Program-made: the position numbers and the translations under genes
Shown: piece by piece, positions 31,778 to 40,733 of the stretch
Position numbering within the stretch: the stretch's first letter is position 1
How the letters are laid out: every line of letters starts with the position of its first letter
From: Myxococcales bacterium
Lineage (GTDB): Bacteria > Myxococcota_A > Polyangia > Polyangiales > DASUME01
Reading direction: 5' to 3'
DNA: 64,000 bases
Assembly (NCBI GenBank): GCA_047601445.1
Contig: JASGJH010000001.1
Coordinates: forward strand, 7,936,001-8,000,000
Notes under the pieces: model-generated
Told to the model about the DNA's origin: nothing
The model's database searches: none
Seen by the model: the letters and a program-made list of their open reading frames with translations, nothing else

Positions 31778-33811
31778 TCAGCGGGCCATCAGCTTCGCGA
31801 GCAGCTGCTCCGCCAAGTCCGCCACCTCCGCAGTATCGAGGGCGGGCCGGTTCGCGCGCACGTAGGGCTCGATGGCGTGGTCGGGCAGGCCGTCGAGGAA
31901 GCGCGAGGGCACGGCCGGGGTGACCTGACCGCGCAACATACGGCGCTTGAAGTGCGAGATGTACAGGCGATCGCGGGCCCGCGTGACGCCCACGTAGAAC
32001 AGCCGGCGTTCCTCGTCGACGTCGGTGGGGGCGGCCTCCGTGACCTTGGGATCGGTAATGCGGCTGTGGGGCAGCTGACCTTCGACCACCCCGATGAAGA
32101 ACACCGTGTGGAACTCGAGGCCTTTGGACCCGTGCAGGGTGGAGAGGGTGACCTGGTTGGGTTCGCCCGACTCCTCATCGTCGTCGCCGTCCTTGCGCAG
32201 CGTGATGCGCGCCAAGAACTGCGCGAGTGAAGGCTTCTCCTCGCCAGGCCGCGCCTCGTAGCGCTCGATGCTGCGCAAGAGGAACTGGATGTTCTCCCAG
32301 CGTCGGGCGCCGACGGCGTCCTCGCCGTCGGTCAGGGCCTCACGCAACCCGACACCCTCGAACAGTTCGCCGGCTCCCTGGGCCAAATCGCGCCCCGACT
32401 CGAAGCGGGCGCGCATCTTGGCCAGCATGTCGTTGAGCTTCTGGATGGAGCGCCGGGCGTTGTCCGGCACGTCGGGCATGCTCTCCGCGCGCTTCACTGC
32501 CTCGGCAAAGCTGATGCCGCGGGCCAGGCGTAGGCGATCGATGCGCTCGATGGTGGTGTCACCAATCCCGCGCGGGGGGTAGTTGATGATGCGGCGCAGC
32601 GACATGTCGTCGAGCGGATTGACGGCCACGCGCAGGTAGGCCGCCGCGTCCTTCACCTCTTTGCGATCGAAAAACTGCGTGCCGCCGAAGAGCTGGTAGG
32701 GGATGCCGTTGGCCCGCAGCTCCTCCTCGATGAGCCGCGCCTGCAAGTTGGAGCGATACAGGATGGCCATGTCCTTGTAGGGCAGCCGATCGCGGTGCAG
32801 GTCCTTGATTTCTTCGGCCACGAAGCGGGACTCGTGGCCCGGGTCGTCGCAGGCCACCAGGCGCACCTTGTCGCCGCCGCCGCGCGCGGCGCGCAGCGTC
32901 TTCTGGTGGCGCTTGTGCTGGCTGTTGGCGATGGCCGCGTTGGCCACGTCGAGCACGGCCGCACGCGAGCGATAGTTGTCCTCGAGCTTGACCACCTTGG
33001 CGCCCGGGAAATGGGACTCGAACTCGAGGATGTTGCGCACGTCCGCGCCACGCCAGCCGTAGATGGCCTGGTCGTCGTCGCCCACCACGCACACGTTGCC
33101 GAGCTCGTTGGCCAGGAGCAGGAGCGTCTTGAGCTGCGCGCCGTTGGTGTCCTGGAACTCGTCGATGAGGATGTGCCGGAAGCGCCGCTGCCACTTCTCG
33201 CGGATCTGGGGGTGCTTCTCCAAGATCTGGACCGGCAACGACACCAAATCGTCGAAGTCCACCGCGTGCATGTTGCGCAGGCCCTGCTCGTAGCGGGGGT
33301 AAATCTCGCGTGCCACGGCGTCGTACTCGAAGTCGCTCTCGGGGATTTGCCCGGGCAGCTTCATCTCGTTTTTCCACAGCGAGATGCGCGACAGGATCGC
33401 CATCGTGTCGAGCTTGCGATCGCTCTCGGCGTTGCGCGCCTGCCGCATCAGCTCGCGTACCAAACCAGTGGCATCGGCCTGGTCGAAGATCACGAAGCGC
33501 CCGTCGTAGCCGAGCACCCGGTTCTCTTCTTGCAGGAAGCGCACGCCGAAGCTGTGGAAGGTGGAGAGCACGAGGCGCTCGGCCGACTTCTCGCCCACCA
33601 GCGGCACCATGCGCTCGCGCATTTCTTCCGCGGCCTTGTTGGTGAAGCTGACGGCCAGGATCTGCTCGGGGCGGATACCCTGCGAGAGCAGTCGCGCGAT
33701 GCGCATGGTGATGACCCGCGTCTTGCCGCTGCCCGCACCCGCCAATACCAGCAGGGGACCTGTGCCGTGCTCCACGGCGGCGCGCTGAGACGCGTTCAAT
33801 CCATCCGTCAT
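31778..33811 (-). CDS. UvrD/Rep family SF1 helicase (no C-terminal Tudor-like extension)
   Basis: AGAGSGKT, FTNKAA, DEFQD, GDDDQAIYGWRGA, STLHGSKGLEF, EERRLFYVGVTRA. Confidence 0.93.
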   Translation of the reverse strand: MTDGLNASQRAAVEHGTGPLLVLAGAGSGKTRVITMRIARLLSQGIRPEQILAVSFTNKAAEEMRERMVPLVGEKSAERLVLSTFHSFGVRFLQEENRVLGYDGRFVIFDQADATGLVRELMRQARNAESDRKLDTMAILSRISLWKNEMKLPGQIPESDFEYDAVAREIYPRYEQGLRNMHAVDFDDLVSLPVQILEKHPQIREKWQRRFRHILIDEFQDTNGAQLKTLLLLANELGNVCVVGDDDQAIYGWRGADVRNILEFESHFPGAKVVKLEDNYRSRAAVLDVANAAIANSQHKRHQKTLRAARGGGDKVRLVACDDPGHESRFVAEEIKDLHRDRLPYKDMAILYRSNLQARLIEEELRANGIPYQLFGGTQFFDRKEVKDAAAYLRVAVNPLDDMSLRRIINYPPRGIGDTTIERIDRLRLARGISFAEAVKRAESMPDVPDNARRSIQKLNDMLAKMRARFESGRDLAQGAGELFEGVGLREALTDGEDAVGARRWENIQFLLRSIERYEARPGEEKPSLAQFLARITLRKDGDDDEESGEPNQVTLSTLHGSKGLEFHTVFFIGVVEGQLPHSRITDPKVTEAAPTDVDEERRLFYVGVTRARDRLYISHFKRRMLRGQVTPAVPSRFLDGLPDHAIEPYVRANRPALDTAEVADLAEQLLAKLMAR

Positions 33812-33954
33812 GGAACACCCGTTCTTAGCCAAAGCGACTGTCCTCGCAAGGGAGAACGACACCCGCTGCGCACGCGAGTCGGACGCGCTCGCCGCTCGGC
33901 GCACCCTGCACGCCAGATCTTGCGGAGATCGCGCAGGTAGGGTCAGCTAACCCC

Positions 33955-35121
33955 ATGGCCAATCACGAAGCAGAGCTGGACACCCTCGCGATCCACGCCG
34001 GGCAATCACCCGATCCAACCACCGGCGCCGTGATGCCCCCGATCGTGCTCTCGAGCACGTTCGCCCAGGAGGGCCCCGGCAAGCACAAGGGTTTCGAGTA
34101 CGCGCGCAGCGACAATCCCACACGTCGCACCCTCGAGCACTGCTTGGCGTCCCTGGAGGGAGCCGCGTATGGGCTAGCCTTCGCCTCCGGCTGTGGCGCG
34201 ATGAACACGCTCCTGAGCACGTTGCGCCCGGGTGATCACGTGGTTGCCTGCGACGACGTTTACGGCGGAACCTTTCGGCTGCTCGACAAGGTGTTCCAGC
34301 CCTTCGGCATCGAGACCACCTGGGTCGATCTCAGTGATATGTCTCGCCTGTCGAGCGCGCTGCGGCCCAGCACCAAGTTCGTATGGCTCGAGACGCCCAC
34401 CAACCCGATGCTCAAGCTGCTCGACATTCGAGCCGCCGCGCGCGTGACCAAGGCACAGGGCATCAAACTCGTGGTGGACAACACCTTTGCCACGCCGATG
34501 CTGCAGCAGCCCCTGCGCATGGGCGCCGACGTCGTCGTGCACTCCACCACCAAGTACCTCAACGGCCATAGCGACGTGGTCGGTGGCGCCATCCTGACCA
34601 GCGACGAGGACCTGATCACCAAGCTGCGCTTCTTGCAAAACGCTCAAGGAGCCGTTCCTTCGCCCTTCGATTGCTTCCTTGTACTGCGCGGCGTGAAGAC
34701 CCTGCCGGTGCGCATGGAGCGCCACTGCAAGACGGCCCACGCGCTGGCGAGTTGGCTCGAGCAGCAGCCCGAGATCGAACGCGTGTACTACCCCGGTCTC
34801 GCGAGCCATCCGCAGCACGCCCTCGGCGAGGCGCAGATGCGCGGCTTCGGCGGCATGATCTCCTTCGTCATCAAGGGCGGGCTGCCGGCGGCCCGAGCCC
34901 TGCTCGAATCGGTGCGCATCTTCGTGTGCGCCGAAAGTCTGGGCGGCGTGGAATCGCTCATCGAGCACCCGGCCCTGATGACCCACGGCTCCATCCCGCG
35001 CGAGACGCGTGAGGCTATCGGTATCGGGGACGGCCTGATCCGCATCAGCGTGGGCCTCGAGGCGGAGAGCGACCTGCGGGCCGATCTCGCTCAGGGCCTG
35101 AAAGCGGCGTCACGCGCGTGA
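33955..35121 (+). CDS. metB: Cystathionine gamma-synthase/gamma-lyase (PLP)
   Basis: YARSDNPTR, ETPTNP, VDNTF, HSTTKYLNGHSD, AESLGGVESL; metB versus gamma-lyase not distinguishable by eye. Confidence 0.88.
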   Translation: MANHEAELDTLAIHAGQSPDPTTGAVMPPIVLSSTFAQEGPGKHKGFEYARSDNPTRRTLEHCLASLEGAAYGLAFASGCGAMNTLLSTLRPGDHVVACDDVYGGTFRLLDKVFQPFGIETTWVDLSDMSRLSSALRPSTKFVWLETPTNPMLKLLDIRAAARVTKAQGIKLVVDNTFATPMLQQPLRMGADVVVHSTTKYLNGHSDVVGGAILTSDEDLITKLRFLQNAQGAVPSPFDCFLVLRGVKTLPVRMERHCKTAHALASWLEQQPEIERVYYPGLASHPQHALGEAQMRGFGGMISFVIKGGLPAARALLESVRIFVCAESLGGVESLIEHPALMTHGSIPRETREAIGIGDGLIRISVGLEAESDLRADLAQGLKAASRA

Positions 35122-35146
35122 GGGCAGGGGGGCGGTTTTCCCTGGC

Positions 35147-35230
35147 AGCGCGGCGAACCTCGCGGTGGGGTGGGCCCCGGCGCGGCTTTGCCGCGACGGT
35201 CGGGGAGGTCGCGTGACCTCCCCGATTAAC
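35147..35230 (+). repeat. Dispersed repeat family A copy
   Basis: GCGAACCTCGCGGTGGGGTGGG..CGCGGCTTTGCCGCGA..CGGGGAGGTCGCGTGACCTCCCCGATTAAC. Confidence 0.88.
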
Positions 35231-35376
35231 AGAAAAACCGTTCGCACTGAAAAATCGCGTCGATTCGCGGGTTTTCGACGCAAAAACAATGCTTTGCGAG
35301 CGGTGCGCGAATTGTTAGCATGCGCGGAAAATTGGGTGCGTCGCGGCGGGTCCGCGCGCGAGCAAAAGAGGGACTG

Positions 35377-35952
35377 ATGCGTGATGCATCGCGTTGGGCG
35401 TTGATTTCGGTGGGCCTCTTCTTGGGTGCGTGCAGCGACGAGAAGCCGGGACCCATCGTGAACGAAGAAATCAGCTGGCAGATCGGCTGCTTTTCGGGGA
35501 TGTGCGGCTCGAGCCTGACGGCCCATTCGCAGGAGATCGATCTGGACGTGCCCTACCAGGTCTCGTGCGGGAGCAACGGCTCGTTCTTCGACATCACCAT
35601 CTACGATCCGGGTCGTTCCCAGGAGATGATGACGGACCAGGGCCTGCAGCCCGCGCGCTTCCCGAGCACGCTCAACATCACCAACATCGACCGCGACAGC
35701 GGCAAGAGCTGCAACGTGGAGGTCACCGAGCAGCGCGTCGGTGATTCCGGGGCGTTCTCGTACCGCGGCAAGTGCGGCGATGCCTGCACGCTCAAGGTGA
35801 TGCCCAAGGAAGGAAATTGGGATTTCATCGGGGAGCTGAGCTGCGACGGTCTCACCGCCCAGGGCAACGACTCCGACGAGGCCCCGCGCTATTCGCTGAC
35901 CGAGCCTGGCTCCGACAAACCCGTCATCATCAAGGTGGGTAACTGCAACTGA
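35377..35952 (+). CDS. Cys-containing hypothetical lipoprotein
   Basis: Lipobox FLGAC; several paired Cys; GAGGGA RBS-like sequence. Confidence 0.75.
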   Translation: MRDASRWALISVGLFLGACSDEKPGPIVNEEISWQIGCFSGMCGSSLTAHSQEIDLDVPYQVSCGSNGSFFDITIYDPGRSQEMMTDQGLQPARFPSTLNITNIDRDSGKSCNVEVTEQRVGDSGAFSYRGKCGDACTLKVMPKEGNWDFIGELSCDGLTAQGNDSDEAPRYSLTEPGSDKPVIIKVGNCN

Positions 35953-36025
35953 ATTCGATCGGTCCTGGATCGCTCGAAAACCGGGGCCGCTTGAAAAGCC
36001 CGGCTAGAAAGCCAAGATCGAGCGC

Positions 36026-37780
36026 GTGACCACGCGTGCGTCGACTCACGAACGTACCTCCCTGGAGCTCGGTAGCGAGCCCGAGGTGTTCTCGGTCGAG
36101 CGCGTCGGCTGGCTGATCCGGCTGCGCTGGTTCGCCCTGCTGGGCATCGCGGTGGCCGCCGCGCTGGCGGCCTTCGGCGCCTTCCCGGGCGTGCGCTGGA
36201 CCGTGCTCGTGGCCACGGCCGCGTTCTCGTCCGTGTACAACTTCCTGCTCTGGCGCAGCTATCGGCTCGGGGCCGCGCCCGCGGGCGGCATGGCGGGCAC
36301 CGTGCAAGCCCTGGGCGACATGTTGATGCTCACGGTCGTGCTGTGGGCGGCGGGCGGGGCGGAGTGTCCCTTCGTCAGCTACTACGTGTTCCACGTCGCC
36401 ATCGTCGGCATCCTGGCTGGGCCCCGCGCGACTCAGCTGGCGGCGGTCACGGCCATGATCGGCACCGGTTTCTTGGTGCTCGCCAGCGCCTTCGAGCCGC
36501 TGCGCATCGGGCGCTGGGATCCGGTGCCGCCGTGGGACTTCATCGGCGAGGCGGTGGCCTTCGTCAGCACCGTAGGCACGGTGGCGTACCTGGTGACGCA
36601 CGCGGTGCGCGAGCTGCGCGATCGCGAGAAGGCGCTGACGCGTGCCCGTGACAACGCGGCGCTGGAGTACGAGCTGCTGTCCAACACGCTCGATCAGCTC
36701 GAGGCCGGCCTCGAGGTGCTCGACGCCGACGGGCGCGTAGCGTGGCGCAATCGACGTGCCGAGGAGTTGGCCGGGGACTTCTCACAGCCCGGCGTGTGCC
36801 CGCGCTCTGGGCACCCGTGCACCCCCATCGGTAAGAGCGCCTGTCCCATCGAGCTGGGACTTCAACAGGAGAAGGAGCCCGGGCGCTGCCGCTTCGCGTT
36901 CGCGACCGACGGAAACGAGCGCGTGTACGAGATGCTCACCTTCCCCCTCGCCAGCACGCGCTCGGGAGTGCAGCTGATGAACCTCTACGTGGACCGTACC
37001 AACGCCACGCTCGCCGATCAGCGCCTGCTCTTGGCCGAGCGCCTCGTCAGCCTGGGGCGTGTGGCGCAGGGCGTTGCCCACGAGCTGAACACACCGCTGG
37101 CCACGATCCGCACCTTGGCCACGGACATGCGGGCCAGCGTGCGCGAAGTGCAGACGCAGCCCCCGCTGGGGAAAGCGGAGGCCTACGACAAGCTGTGCGC
37201 GGACGTGGACGAGTCGGCGGCGTTGGTTCACGACGAGACCCTGCGCCTCGGCCGCATCACGCAGAGCCTGCTAGCGGGAGGGGACCTGGTGCGCAGCAAG
37301 ATCCAGGGCGAAGTACCGGTGGCCGCGCTGGTCGAGCGGGCGCGTGCACTGGTCTTCGCCGGCGTACGCAGCGGTCCGCGCGTGGAGGTGGGGGAGGGCA
37401 TCGATGGGCTGCGCGTGAAGGCGGACCCGGATCGCCTGGTGCAGGTGCTGGTGAATCTGCTGCAAAACGCCTACGACGCTGTGCGCGACAAGCCCGCAGG
37501 CCAGGTGCTGATCCGGGCCGAAACCGACGCCGAGCACGCGCGCATCTTGATCGAAGACGACGGCGCGGGGCTCGCCCCGGAGCTGCGGCAGAGGCTGTTC
37601 GAGCCCTTCGCCACCACCAAGACGCACGGCACGGGCCTCGGCCTCTACACTTCGTACATGCTGGCCAAGGCGATGGAAGGTGATCTCTGGCTCGACCCGC
37701 GCAGCGCGGGTGGAACCGTGGCTACACTGCGCCTGAAGCGCGCGCCGCTCATCGCGGGCTACAAGGAGGCGAGCGTGTGA
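36026..37780 (+). CDS. Membrane sensor histidine kinase with RegB-like TM domain
   Basis: LIRLRW, GGAECPF, H-box AHELNTPL, NLLQNA, DDGAG, GTGLGL. Confidence 0.9.
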   Translation: MTTRASTHERTSLELGSEPEVFSVERVGWLIRLRWFALLGIAVAAALAAFGAFPGVRWTVLVATAAFSSVYNFLLWRSYRLGAAPAGGMAGTVQALGDMLMLTVVLWAAGGAECPFVSYYVFHVAIVGILAGPRATQLAAVTAMIGTGFLVLASAFEPLRIGRWDPVPPWDFIGEAVAFVSTVGTVAYLVTHAVRELRDREKALTRARDNAALEYELLSNTLDQLEAGLEVLDADGRVAWRNRRAEELAGDFSQPGVCPRSGHPCTPIGKSACPIELGLQQEKEPGRCRFAFATDGNERVYEMLTFPLASTRSGVQLMNLYVDRTNATLADQRLLLAERLVSLGRVAQGVAHELNTPLATIRTLATDMRASVREVQTQPPLGKAEAYDKLCADVDESAALVHDETLRLGRITQSLLAGGDLVRSKIQGEVPVAALVERARALVFAGVRSGPRVEVGEGIDGLRVKADPDRLVQVLVNLLQNAYDAVRDKPAGQVLIRAETDAEHARILIEDDGAGLAPELRQRLFEPFATTKTHGTGLGLYTSYMLAKAMEGDLWLDPRSAGGTVATLRLKRAPLIAGYKEASV

Positions 37781-39132
37781 AGGGCAGCGTGCTCATCATC
37801 GACGACGACCGCACCTTCCGCTTCGCGATGGGCAAGGCCTTGCGTCGCCTGGGTTTCGAGGTCGACGAGGCCGAGAGCGCCGAGCTGGCGCTGCCCAAGT
37901 TGGCGCGCGCCGAGTGCCCAGACGTGGCCTTGCTCGACCTGCGTATGGCGGGCATGGGCGGCATGGAGCTGTTGCGGCGTCGCGGCGCTTCGCGCACGCG
38001 CTTCGTGGTGCTCACGGGACACGGCACCGTGCAGGCGGCCGTGGAGGCCATGCAATTGGGGGCGTTCTCGTTCCTGGAGAAGCCAGTGGACGCCGAGGTG
38101 CTCGCGCCGCTGCTCTCGCAGGCCATCGCCGACAAGGATCGCGCGCGCCAGGAGGGGGCCTCCGAGTTCGTGCCGCCGCTGGTGGGCGAGAGCGAGGACA
38201 TCCAGGCCGTGCGGCGCTTCGTGACCCTGGCGGGGCCCACTGATGCCACCGTCGCGATCTACGGCGAGACGGGCTGCGGCAAGGAGGTGGTGGCCCGCCA
38301 CATCCATCTCGCTAGCCACCGACGCGCGGGGCCTTTCGTGGCCTTCAATGGCGCCGCCATCGCGCGCGAGCTGTTCGAGAGCGAGCTGTTCGGACACCGG
38401 CGTGGTGCTTTTACGGGCGCCAGCGAAGATCACCTGGGACTGTTTCGCGAGGCCCACGGCGGCACGCTCTTCATCGATGAACTCGCCGAGCTCCCGCTCG
38501 ACAGCCAGGCCAAGCTCCTGCGCGCGCTGGAAACGCGCATGATCCGGCCGGTCGGCGACAAGCGCGAGGTGGCCGTGAACGTGCGCATCGTGGCCGCCAC
38601 CAACCGCGACTTGTGGCCGGAGGTTCAGGGCGGGCGCTTCCGCGAGGACCTCTATTTCCGCCTGCAAGTCTTGCCCATCGTCGTTCCGCCGCTGCGCAAG
38701 CGCACGATGGACATCGTCCCCCTGGCCGAACACCTGCTCGAGCGCTTGGCCAGCGGCCATCGTCTGCGCGAGGACGCCAAGTCCGCGCTCCTCAGCTATC
38801 GCTGGCCAGGCAACGTGCGCGAGCTGCTCAACGTGCTGCGGCGGGCGACCTTGTTTGCCGAGGGCCCCGAGCTCGATCTGGAGCTGATCCGGCGCATGCT
38901 GGCGGCCTCCGTCTTCGCCCACGGCGCGCCCCAGCGTGCCGAGCCGGTGGTGGCGCAGGCGATGCCCGTGGGCTCCGCGGGCTCCACCAACCTGGCCGAG
39001 ATGGAACGGACCCACATCGAGCGCGTGCTCTCGGAGATGGGCGGCAACATCACGCGGGCGGCCACGGCCCTGGGCATCGATCGGCGCACCTTGCAGCGCA
39101 AACTCAAGGGCTACGGCATCGATACCGAGTGA
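37777..39132 (+). CDS. Sigma-54-dependent response regulator (REC-AAA+-Fis HTH)
   Basis: IDDD, LLD, GETGCGKE, GAFTGA, WPGNVREL, Fis HTH; GTGA overlap with kinase. Confidence 0.95.
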   Translation: MKGSVLIIDDDRTFRFAMGKALRRLGFEVDEAESAELALPKLARAECPDVALLDLRMAGMGGMELLRRRGASRTRFVVLTGHGTVQAAVEAMQLGAFSFLEKPVDAEVLAPLLSQAIADKDRARQEGASEFVPPLVGESEDIQAVRRFVTLAGPTDATVAIYGETGCGKEVVARHIHLASHRRAGPFVAFNGAAIARELFESELFGHRRGAFTGASEDHLGLFREAHGGTLFIDELAELPLDSQAKLLRALETRMIRPVGDKREVAVNVRIVAATNRDLWPEVQGGRFREDLYFRLQVLPIVVPPLRKRTMDIVPLAEHLLERLASGHRLREDAKSALLSYRWPGNVRELLNVLRRATLFAEGPELDLELIRRMLAASVFAHGAPQRAEPVVAQAMPVGSAGSTNLAEMERTHIERVLSEMGGNITRAATALGIDRRTLQRKLKGYGIDTE

Positions 39133-39136
39133 GGTT

Positions 39137-40717
39137 CTAGCTCGCGAACTGCACCGAGAAGCGCGCGCCGCCGAGCGCGCTCTCCTCGACGCGGATCTCC
39201 GCGGCGTGGTCGCTCAGGATGCGCTTGACGATGGCCAACCCGAGCCCCGTGCCCTGTGGTTTGCTCGTGACGTAAGGCTCGAAGATGCGCGCGCGCTCCT
39301 CGGGCGGCACACCGGGGCCATTGTCCTCCACGTCGAGCCTCACGGTGCCGCCCTCGAGGACGATCCGCACGAGCACCCGCGGCTCCTCCGCGCGGCCGCC
39401 GCGCGCCGCATCGAAGGCGTTCTGCAGCAGGTTCACCAGGACTTGCGTGATCTGCTCACGATCCAGGCGCACGTTCGGCAAGCCCTCGGACTTCTCCACC
39501 TCGAGCCGCACGTCCGGCGGTCGATAGAGCTGCACGACGTCGTCCACCAAGGCATCCAGCGCGAGGGCTCCTGGCTCGGGTTTGGGCAGCCGCGCGAACT
39601 CACTGAACTCGCGTACGATGCGCTCCAGGCGCCGCACCTCTTCGAGCACCGTGCGGGTCGATTCCTCGAAGATCTCGTCGAATCCCGGTATGCGTTTCTG
39701 GTGCGCCTTGCGCAGGGTCTCCATCGCCATCTGGATGGGCGACAGTGGATTCTTGATCTCGTGGGCGATGCGCCGCGCGATGTCCTGAAACGCCGCGGCC
39801 CGCTCCGCCTCGGCCAGGCGCACGCGCATTTCGCGTAGCTCGCGGGTCATGCGGTCGAAGCTCCGGAAGGTCTGGTCGGCCTTGCCGCCTACCCGTAGGT
39901 TAATCGTGGAGGTGAGGTCTCCTTCGGCCACCCGTGTCGCAGCGCGCTCCAATTCGGCGAGTACGGCGTCGTCCGGGGGCCGCGAGCGCGCGAGCCACAA
40001 GCCCAGCAGCCCGCCGAACACCCCGCTCCCCAGCACGAGGCTCAGCAAGAGTCCGAGCGGCTCGGGCCTGGCTGGCGGCTTGCCGTGAGCGCTCACGAGC
40101 AGGTCCGCTGCGCCGTCGACGCCCGCCACGCGCGCCAATTCGATGCCACGAGGTGTGGCCGAGGCGGCTGCGTATTCGAGCGTGCTGCTGAGGCGGGTGA
40201 GCTCCGACGCTGGCCAGCTCTTGACCACCCACAACGCGCTTCCCTTGAGCCCGCGCCGACAGCTGACCGCGAGGGCCATCCCAGGCGTGTCGAACGCCAC
40301 GCTGGCCTGGGAGCCAGCGCGCAGCGCGTCGGCGCTCGGCAGTCGGGCAGGGGGCTCGCCGCTCGCGCCGAGCAGCTTGACCGCACCGCCTGCACCCTGG
40401 TGCAGGAGCCAGATTTCTTCTCCGTGGCTCTTGGCGATCGCGCGGGCGATCGGAGATGCGTCCCCGAGCTCGTTGCCCAGGCTCGCGAGCTCGAGCCCCA
40501 AGCGCTCGACCCTCACGTCATGGCGACACAGGTCGCGCACTCGCTCGAGCTCCAGCGAGAGGACGCTCTGGAGCATGTCGCGCAGGCCGCTGCTGGCCGC
40601 GCTCGCATCGGCGGGCACACGCGCGCGCTCCTGGGCCGACAGCAACCAGGCCAGGCTGACGCCCACCAGCGCCGCCGTGATCACCCCGGCCACGAGCCCC
40701 GAGAACAGTCGTGTCAT
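39137..40717 (-). CDS. HAMP sensor histidine kinase (NtrY-like)
   Basis: ARRIAHEIKNPLSPI, NLLQNA, DNGPG, GTGLGL. Confidence 0.9.
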   Translation of the reverse strand: MTRLFSGLVAGVITAALVGVSLAWLLSAQERARVPADASAASSGLRDMLQSVLSLELERVRDLCRHDVRVERLGLELASLGNELGDASPIARAIAKSHGEEIWLLHQGAGGAVKLLGASGEPPARLPSADALRAGSQASVAFDTPGMALAVSCRRGLKGSALWVVKSWPASELTRLSSTLEYAAASATPRGIELARVAGVDGAADLLVSAHGKPPARPEPLGLLLSLVLGSGVFGGLLGLWLARSRPPDDAVLAELERAATRVAEGDLTSTINLRVGGKADQTFRSFDRMTRELREMRVRLAEAERAAAFQDIARRIAHEIKNPLSPIQMAMETLRKAHQKRIPGFDEIFEESTRTVLEEVRRLERIVREFSEFARLPKPEPGALALDALVDDVVQLYRPPDVRLEVEKSEGLPNVRLDREQITQVLVNLLQNAFDAARGGRAEEPRVLVRIVLEGGTVRLDVEDNGPGVPPEERARIFEPYVTSKPQGTGLGLAIVKRILSDHAAEIRVEESALGGARFSVQFAS

Positions 40718-40733
40718 CGGGCGAGACTTTAGC

